DNA from: the human T2T-CHM13v2.0 reference genome, Homo sapiens | DNA: 64,000 nt | Reading direction: 5' to 3' (one strand) | Assembly: GCF_009914755.1 (NCBI RefSeq) | Contig: NC_060927.1 | In this document: in pieces, positions 16,458-64,000 of the stretch | Numbering within the stretch: the first letter of the stretch is position 1 | Layout: each line of letters opens with the position of its first letter | The notes under the pieces: model-generated | Told to the model about the DNA's origin: nothing | Database searches by the model: none | Seen by the model: only the letters and a program-made list of their open reading frames with translations | Program-made: the position numbers and the translations under genes

Positions 16458-16491
16458 GTGTGTGCGTGTGTGAGTGTGTGTGTGTGTGTGT
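16458..16491 (+). repeat. Interrupted (TG)n, i.e. (CA)n in the SEMA5B 3'UTR
   Basis: Directly visible. Confidence 0.9.
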
Positions 16492-17333
16492 TCCTGAACA
16501 GATGAAGGGCCAGCAGAGACTCCCAAGCAGGTCTCAGCCAACAACTCTGTTGAGCAGCAACTGGAAGATAGTCTCCATAGAGGCACAGAGGCCAGACTTC
16601 TGCCTCCTATGGCATTGATCCTCTCTCCTGGGCCACCTTTCGTGCATTGAGGGCAAGGCTGAGGCCTGTACCAGCCCAGATTAAAGGACTTCTAAGCACA
16701 GGTCAGCCTCCAGTTCCCAGTACTCACTGCCTCTGACCAGAGGGATGCCCTGGGTAGAGTATAGACTTCCAGGCAGAGGTGGATAACCTGCGCTGGCCTT
16801 GGTCCCATGTCATACTGGGGCAGCACCACAATGGCCCAGCCCTGGCAGAAAATCCAGAGCTACTGGAGCCACTTGATTGATTACTTTCAGAGATAATCAG
16901 GATGTAGCAAAGGCCTTTTTTGGGGCCAGCTGGAGAAGGCCAGACTCAGCTTGTGGGGGCCACAGGAAGTTGTCTCCAACCCAAACTTAAAAGCCTGCCC
17001 TCTTGCCATCTCCATTCTCCAATTCCTCAAATGCCCAGTAGGTCCACAGCCCAGGCATGGCAGCATAGTGTCAGCGTGACAGTGGGTTGGAAGATAACCA
17101 TGAGAGACCTGGGCTGAACTGGACCTGCGGCCATATGTCAGCCTGAAACCAGCCCTTTCCCCCATGGTCAATGCCAGCCAGAGCTCTCTGAAGCCGGATG
17201 GGACCCCCCACAGGCAAGGCAGCAAGTTCTTGGCCTAGTGCAGAGGGAGAAAACCAAACTGGCTCCACTGTCCCATCTCCATCTGCTCTGTGCCTTATGA
17301 AGGCAAGAAGCCCAAGTCCCCAGGACGGCGGTA

Positions 17334-56790
<39,457 letters not shown>

Positions 56791-57461
56791 CTGCAACGTA
56801 AACACTCAGTCTCACCAAGCGCTCCCTCCAACTGGGCCCACTTCCCTCAATTTCCTTGTGGTTACAGTGCCCCCACAGGATTTGAAAAATAAATTTCTAT
56901 TGTATTTATGTTACTCAGAGTTTGCTCTGCTCTAGTAAATGCGAAGATATAGATCACTCCCTGAAAGCTAATTTCCCTTGTAATAGCATTCTGTACAAAA
57001 CTGACAAATTATAGTGCCTTTTCTATTTATGATCCCAAATGGTTTAAAATTAGTTTTAATGATAAAGGTAGTATCTTAGGGATTTTAATAAATGGAGCTG
57101 AGGCCATGGGTAGCTATTTGTAAAATGATAAATCTGGATCCATAACTCATACTTTATATACTAGGAAAAAATTCAAATAGACAAAAGATTTCAATGTTAA
57201 GGATAACAATCATAAAAATACTAGAAGAAAATTCAGGCAGGATCCTTTATATCTTGGCATGGGAAACCATGGCTCAAAATCCAGAAGCCATCAAAGAAAA
57301 GATAGATAAATTTGACTACATTAAAAAACAAACACCTGCACTTCCCCCTCCTCTCCCCAAAAACAACATCAATCAAAATCATAAGGAAAATGACAAACTA
57401 GAAAAAATATTTGCAATTCATATCACAGACAAGAGACTAATATTCCTAATATATAAAGAAC

Positions 57462-58160
57462 TGAAACTGCCTTTGCAAAAAGTATGACAGTGCAGGAAAT
57501 CTGACCTAACAGACTCCATCTTGCTTCTAGCCTGCAAGTTGCCCTTGCTCATTCCTAGGCCTAGGCCAAGCTAACTGTGGAAGGAATTTAGTTTACAGTT
57601 TAACTTTGAAGCAGAGAAGATTACAGCCCCTTCCCAAAGCAAACCACCTCCTTGCTTGGAGATCAGATCTCCTTTATAATACTAACAAATTAGCCACATT
57701 ATAAGACAGTATGGCTCAGGAGTCATTCAGCCAGATGTCACAAGATTCCTAATTGCTCCTATAGATAACATTATTGTAAAACCTCAGATTGGTGTTCTAG
57801 GTATTTTTCAGACCCTGCATTCTGTTGGATCTGCTGATGCCACCCAGACTGATAAACTGGTTCATCTGACCTTGTGGCCCCCCGACCCAGGAACTGAACT
57901 CAGCACAAGAAGACAGGCTTCAACTCCCTGTGATTTCATCCACGACCTAACCAATCAGTACTCTCCACTCCCTAGCCCCACTGCTCCCCAAATTATCCTT
58001 TAAATTTTGGGGGAGGCTGCTTTGAATAATGATAAACTCCTGTCCTTCTGCTTAGCTGGCTTTGCATCTATTAAGTTCTTTCTCTATTGCAAAAACCCGC
58101 TGTTCTCAATACATTGGCTTTTCTGGACAGTGAGCAAGATGAATTCATCGGGTGATTATA
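57462..58160 (+). mobile_element. LTR8-family (LTR8A/B-like) ERV1 solo LTR
   Basis: TGAAACTGCCTTTGCAAAA...gactccatcttgcttct; 4-bp TSD GAAC at 57458-57461 and 58161-58164. Confidence 0.85.
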
Positions 58161-59009
58161 GAACTTCTAGGAATCAAGAAGGAAAAGACTAACAATCCAG
58201 TAGAAAAATAGGCAAAGAATATACATACAAACAAGGGCTTAAAATATGAATGACACTTATCCTCACTCATAACAAGAGCAACACAAGTTAAAACATAGAC
58301 TGAGATACCACTTCTCATCTATGGGTTTAGCAAAAATCCAAGTTACTTGCTGCAGTCTTCCGGTGAAGCAGTGGGGAGAGGGCCACTACCGTATACTACT
58401 GTAGGGGTTGGGGTGTGCAAGATGGCACAATCCCTGTGGGGTGATCCTGGCAATATCTGGCAAAACCACCCATGTATTTACCCGTTGACCTAGCAACCTA
58501 ATTCTTTGAGTCTACACTCTTTCTCCTTGAAGTGTGTTCCACAAACCAGTGTCAATTCACACACTGGAACAACTCCACAGTCACAGAAATGCAGAGATTT
58601 GAGAGTCAGTGTTTAAAAATCTTTACAATAATTTGACAGAGTAATTTTATGTGTATTGAATCTAATAACAAAATATTCAGGTTTGTATGTTGCATGTTTT
58701 ATTTCAATTCATTTCTCTAGTAATTTACTTTTATTGAATTTTACGTAAGTATCCATCTGTGACAGATTGTAAATTGAAAAATCAAACCTGCCTCTTCACA
58801 GATAGTTGAGAGGCAAAAACAGACCACAGAGGCACCTGCACATGTGCAAAGTGACTTACGAACGAGATTGTTCATTGTGCCATCCTTTGAAAGAACAGAA
58901 AGGCAGAAAACAACCAAATATTCAGAAACAGGAGATTGCCCAAATAACCTAGGGTGTATCTTCACAATGGAATATTATGCAGCTGTTAAAAAGTGTGAAG
59001 ATTTTCTCT

Positions 59010-59231
59010 ATTTATTTTATTTTATTTTTAGAGAGACAGGGTCTTGCTCTGTCTCCCAGGTTGGAATGCAGTGGCACGATCATGGCTGACTGCAGTCTTG
59101 ACCTCCTGGACTCAAGCGATCCTTCCAGCTCAGCCTCTCTAGTGGTTGGGACCACAGGCATGCACCATCATGCCTGGCTAGAGGGGCATGCTCTGTTGTA
59201 AGTGGAGGGGTCTTGTTCTGCTGCCCAGGCT
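59010..59231 (-). mobile_element. AluJ partial
   Basis: Antisense right arm plus a fragment. Confidence 0.8.
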
Positions 59232-60699
59232 TTCTGTAGGTTTTGATATGGAAAAATATCCGTATCAAAAAAGTGAAAAAAGCAAGATGCAGAACAGCTT
59301 ATTAGCATGGTAACTTTTGTGAAAATAAGACAGTAAAAATAAGAACACATGTATTTATATTTGCTTATATTAGCATTGATATACACTAGAAAAATAAAAC
59401 AAAACTAATCTTTGTAGGTTATCTATAAGTAGCAAAATGGGAATCAAGGCTTCTCAGTAAATACCTTTTTATATTATTTTCATTTGTGACCAGGTAAACA
59501 TATTGGCTACTCAATAAAGTTTTAAGATTTAAGAAACTTTTAAACAACTAGTTTGGGTTCACTAAAACTCCTGGAAAAGCCCTAACATTTGTCTAACTTG
59601 TCGCCTTCCACCTCCTCTCTCCTTCGCTAGTCTGTCTAACATGTCACCAAGCCCCGCTGACCCTACGTCTCGCAAAGGTCTCTAACCCAGAGTGACCTCC
59701 TTGGTGTCATTTTCTTCAGCAATGAAATGAAAGGTTGAACTAGATTAGGGATCCCTGACAGGAGCTGGGGTGAATCAGAATCATCCCCCTGAGGGGGCAG
59801 AGTCCTGGGCTGGCAGGTATGGAATTCCCAGGTGATTCTGATGAGCAGCTCCCAGGGTAGAAGCTGGAGGACTAGAGGGCTGGGGCTCCTTCCTGCTCTA
59901 AGAGTTTTGCCCCAACCCTTCCTCTCTCTTCCCTTCCTACTGCCCCTACCTTACTCCAGGTCTGGAAAATTACAGTAGGATTACTTTTTTCCTGCCTAAG
60001 TTTCTTCACGTGTGTGTGAAATGGAATAATACCCATCACTGAATGGCTGCAAGCCTCCAAGGAAATAACAGCACGAAGCCAGAGCACCCAACTGACCCCT
60101 TCTCCCCCCACTCCCTCCCTGGTCTGCACCCCACAGGGAATTAGGACCCACAGCACCTTTTTGATCCCCTTATCCTCAGGCTCAAACTCGTTCATACTTT
60201 GCTCCTCCCCAGAAGGGCCTAACCATTCCTCTTAGCAGAGACCCTCTGGGAGGGAGATTTGATCCAAACCTACTCCCTTGAATGATTTTTCACACCGTCA
60301 CTCACATGGAATTTATCCTCAGTGCTAGCCTGGGTCCGTCCTGTGGCATGGGGTTTCGCCGTGCTGTCCATCCTTGGAGCCCACCAACCCCTTTTCCTGA
60401 CATTGACCCCTGGCCCCTCAAACAAGGCCACAGGGCTGGGGAAGAGGGATTCAAAGGGCAAGGCCAAATCTCTGGAGCCAGACAACCCGAGGCCCAGTCC
60501 TAGTCCTCCTCCTTGCTAGCTGTGTGACTCTGGGAAAAACACTTAACCTTTCTCTGCCTTAGTTTCTCCAAACTGGGGATGATAATAACAACAACAACTT
60601 CTTCAGCAGTTGTGAGGAGGAAAGGAGTTATTACCTTTAAAAGGCCTAGGGCAGTACCTGGCAGACACTGAGTGATCGACTAGCATGAGTCATTCTGGT

Positions 60700-61168
60700 G
60701 CTCTGGGGAAAGAGGAACAGGGACTGGAGCACTTCCTTTTGCCCTCTGACACTTATGCTGGATGCCCTCTGCCTGCACCTCCACATTTGCCCTGGCTCTC
60801 CTCCTCCCTGCTCTGCGCCAGCAGGGAGGTGGATGGATGTGGGGGAACTGCATCCAAGGAGGCCCTGCTTGGGTTTGGCCAACAGAGGGAGGAGAAGGCA
60901 GCAGAGTGAGCACAGCTGCATCCCTCAACAGACCAGAGCTCGTCTGCTTCCAGGCTTGGGAAGGAAATTGCTCCCTCTGTCCTCCCTTCAGAACTAGGGG
61001 TGGTGCCGCCTCCTTGCTTACCAGCCCCTGCGTACTGCACAGGGAGTTATCCCATATGGTTCCCAAACCCCCTTCCTACACCTTTGTAAACAGTTCCTTT
61101 ATTAAACTGCCCTCACATTGCCCCAAGTGAGTATGTCATCTGTTTCCTGGGGGGACCCTGACTGATAG
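60700..61168 (+). mobile_element. LTR33-like ERVL LTR
   Basis: 3' end ctttattaaact...catctgtttcctgg..gaccctgactgata. Confidence 0.65.
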
Positions 61169-61779
61169 AACACCTCATTAGGGATACTCAATGCATATGC
61201 AAATAACAGCTTTTTAGCCCTTAGCTGGGGCTTTTCTCTTGTCAGCCCCTAAGAACAGCCAAGGTGCCAGGACAATTGCCCTCCTCTCCCCTCACTCTTT
61301 CCCACCCTCCCGCTAACCTGTGCTCCCTTCCCAGGCCTCTCTGCCTCCCCGCCCCAGGTCTGACCACCAGCTTCAGAGCCCCAGGCCTAGCCCTGTATGT
61401 GGCCAGATCCTGAGCTCCAGGGGCCCGAATTAGGAGCATATCCTGGGCCTCTTCTCCTACCCTGAACCCCAGGCCTTAAGGTACCTAAGTTCTGCAGCAG
61501 AAGTTCCATTCTCATTAGATTTTTATGTAAATATGTCCTCCAACTCCCTCTTGAATCAGTAATTGCTAGATTAATATTACTGTGTCCACCTCGGCCCCAG
61601 CACAGCACGTCTGTCTGCTGTTTCAGGAGAGAAGGGAAGGACAGGACATGACGGGTGGGGAAAGGATGGAACAGGGCCTAGATCTGGGATCTCCTCTACT
61701 CAATTACCTTCGCTCCAGGTGAGGCAAGAGCAAGGAGTCTATGCCTGCAGCTTTGCAAATTTCAGCACCACTGCAGGTA

Positions 61780-62870
61780 TCATACTGAAAAAAGAAGAGT
61801 GATTGGTTCCCATATCACTGGAAATGTTATGGGGTCTGACTTTTCGAGGCAAGTTCTAGAATTGGGAGGTGACTTCCCAACTCCCAAGAATTCCCTATCT
61901 ATGGAAATCATCTCCCCTCCATTTATGGTCAAAGGGGTAGGCCCCAGCAGCCTCATATGTACCATGGGGTCCCCATCCCAGCCATAGCTGCTTATACCAG
62001 GATGGTCATGTGATCAAAACAGACAATTCAGGTCTCTCCCACAGCAATGTGGGTGTGTGAACCCCCAAGGTCAAGTCAGTCTTTATAGAGGAAACTGGAA
62101 TATGTAAATGTGTGTGGTGGTCATATTCTTCTGTTTTTTGTTTGTTTGTTTTTATGAGACGGGATATCACTCTGCTGTCAACCAGGGTGGAATGCAGCAG
62201 CATGATCATAGCTCACTGTAACCTCAAGCTGCTGGCCTCAAGTAATCCCTCAGCCTCCCAAAATGCTGGGATTACAGGCATGAGCCTCTGTGCCCACCGT
62301 GGGGCAGTTCTCTGCTACCTGCCATGTGAGCTGAGGACAATCTGAAGACAAAGACCAGTGACAGGAGACAGAGGCATGCTGACAGCTTTCCAGTTCCCTG
62401 TTCCAGCCCTTTCCTGAGGTTTAAATACATTCTACTTCCATGAGCCACCCCCACTCCCAGACCCTTGTAATAAAATTTCCCGTTTTTACTTAATCCCGTT
62501 GGAGTTGTGTCAGACTAGGAGTTGCCAACAGGCATTGCCTCCTCAGTCTGTCCTCGCCTTCCTCCTTTCTAAAGGAGCCTCTGCTTCATGAGGGCAGGAG
62601 GCAACCTGCCCTGCTCAAAACTTTTCCTAGTCTTTCAGGAAGAGGTGGCCCATGAGATGAATGAGGAGGTTGTCAGTGGGGCTTACAGGGACGTGCTCTA
62701 AGAGGGCTTCCCTTTTTCCAGAGTGGTTGGCAGATAGGAGGAATGGTGCCACAGTAGCCATCTGCAGCTGGTAAGTGACCTTTAGCCATATGCTAAGGAT
62801 TGCAAAGCAGATCAAGTCAGTCTTTGCAGGGGAAACTGGAACAGAAAAATATGGGCCCTGTGGGGTGGTC
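61780..62870 (+). mobile_element. Two related ancient ERVL/MaLR-type LTR fragments in tandem
   Basis: Shared tcaagtcagtcttt...ggaaactggaa; aataaaatttcc..ttt 3' end near 62470. Confidence 0.5.
62130..62298 (-). mobile_element. Alu monomer or deleted AluJ
   Basis: Antisense single-arm length. Confidence 0.8.
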
Positions 62871-62872
62871 AT

Positions 62873-63177
62873 CTTTTTTTTTTTTTTTTTTTGAGACAGG
62901 GTCTCACTTTGCCGCCTAGGCTGGAGTGCAGTGGAATGATCACAGCCACTGCAGCCTCAACCTCCCAGGCTCAAGCGATCCTCCCTCCTCAGCCTCCAGA
63001 GTAGCTGGGACTACAGGCACATACCACCAGGCTGGGCAATTTTGTTTTTTGTTTTTTTTTTTTTGTAGAAACAGAGTCCACTGTGTTGCCCTGGCTGGTC
63101 TCAAACTCCTGGACTCAAGCTATCCTATCACCTCAACCTCCCAAAATGCTGGGATTGCAGGTGTTGAGCCTACCTGA
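62873..63177 (-). mobile_element. AluJ
   Basis: Antisense dimer. Confidence 0.9.
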
Positions 63178-64000
63178 GTAGTCATCATCTTCTTCTTTTT
63201 TTTTTTTAGACCGTGTCTCTAAAAAAACAAAGGACGTGACCTTTAGCCATATGCTAAGCTAGGTGGAACCTGGAATGTTGAAGATGGAGCCAGCTCTGTT
63301 CTGTCTACCTCCAGACTCCTTTCCTATGCTTGCTGTGTCTCTCGTTTCCTTCTCTGCAAAATGGGGAGAATAATAACACCCAGCTCACAGCTGTTGTGGA
63401 GATGAAATAAGTTATTTTTATCTAACAGGCCTAGAACAGCATCTGCCACAAAGTAGGCATTGTATAAGTGCTATTATTATTAGCGAATAATACAGTCTCA
63501 ACTAGTTTAAGCCCTTGCTTTTCACATCTCAATTATATTAACTAAATATAATTCCTATCCCATACAGTTTGGTTTCTCATACGTACAACCAAATACTCCC
63601 AAGACAAACAGAAATTTCTATTTCTAACACGTCTGTCTGATTTGATGTTAAAATAATTCCAGAATTTCCCCACCAGCAGTGCATAGCCAATCCAATTATC
63701 CCGAGGGTTGTATAGTATCATAGAAAGCCCTGAGCTTGGGAGGCTGCTCTACCTGGTTGCAAACCTTGGTTTCATCACCTGTGAAATAAGGTTAATAGCT
63801 TCTTGCTTAGAGAGACTGCTTTGATACACCCAGAACTAAGTCTGGTACCGAGTAGGCTCTTTATGAAATCCATTAATATTAGTTTACTAGTATATGTAAA
63901 ACATATTCCACTAGTTACCTAAGTATCTGTTCATTCATTTACATAATACTTCACTGAGCATTTACTGAACACCTACTATGTGCTGGGCCCTGTATAGATG

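Larger units (their letters stand above)
16385..17333 (-). other. SEMA5B: SEMA5B 3'UTR (end approximate)
   Basis: Unique sequence between the TGA and the ATTAAA signal; contains a CA-repeat. Confidence 0.75.
57050..59540 (+). mobile_element. Old L1ME-type fragment (ORF2 end / 3'UTR) interrupted by an LTR, a DNA element and an Alu
   Basis: Remnant IKEKIDKFDYIK...LEKIFAIHITDKRLI is L1 ORF2-like. Confidence 0.8.

Noticed and set aside
57194-57487. 97-aa plus-strand ORF
   Set aside because: Decayed L1 ORF2 remnant running into the LTR
61761-61781. REST/RE1-like TTCAGCACC
   Set aside because: Left half-site only; the GGACAG half is missing

Overview
Primate genomic DNA, almost certainly human: it is Alu/L1/MIR-rich and carries an AluYa5-like element. 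The main feature is SEMA5B (semaphorin 5B) on the minus strand. I reconstructed 21 coding exons (56790 down to the stop at 17334), all with GT-AG boundaries and consistent phases, totalling 3332 coding nt. They encode a signal peptide, Sema domain, PSI domain, thrombospondin type-1 repeats, a TM helix and a cytoplasmic tail, followed by a ~950-nt 3'UTR ending near 16385. The promoter and first exons lie beyond the right edge. Positions 1-16000 are repeat-rich downstream sequence. I found no new multi-gene system. The most interesting signals are fine-scale: a young antisense AluYa5-like element inserted ~14 nt after the last splice donor, frame-preserving intron retention and alternative donor options near the TM exon, several short non-TE local duplications that look like templated insertions, nested TEs with readable target-site duplications (TSDs), and candidate intronic enhancers. 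Exon numbers follow my recollection of the 23-exon reference model. Repeat subfamily names were assigned by eye, not by RepeatMasker.
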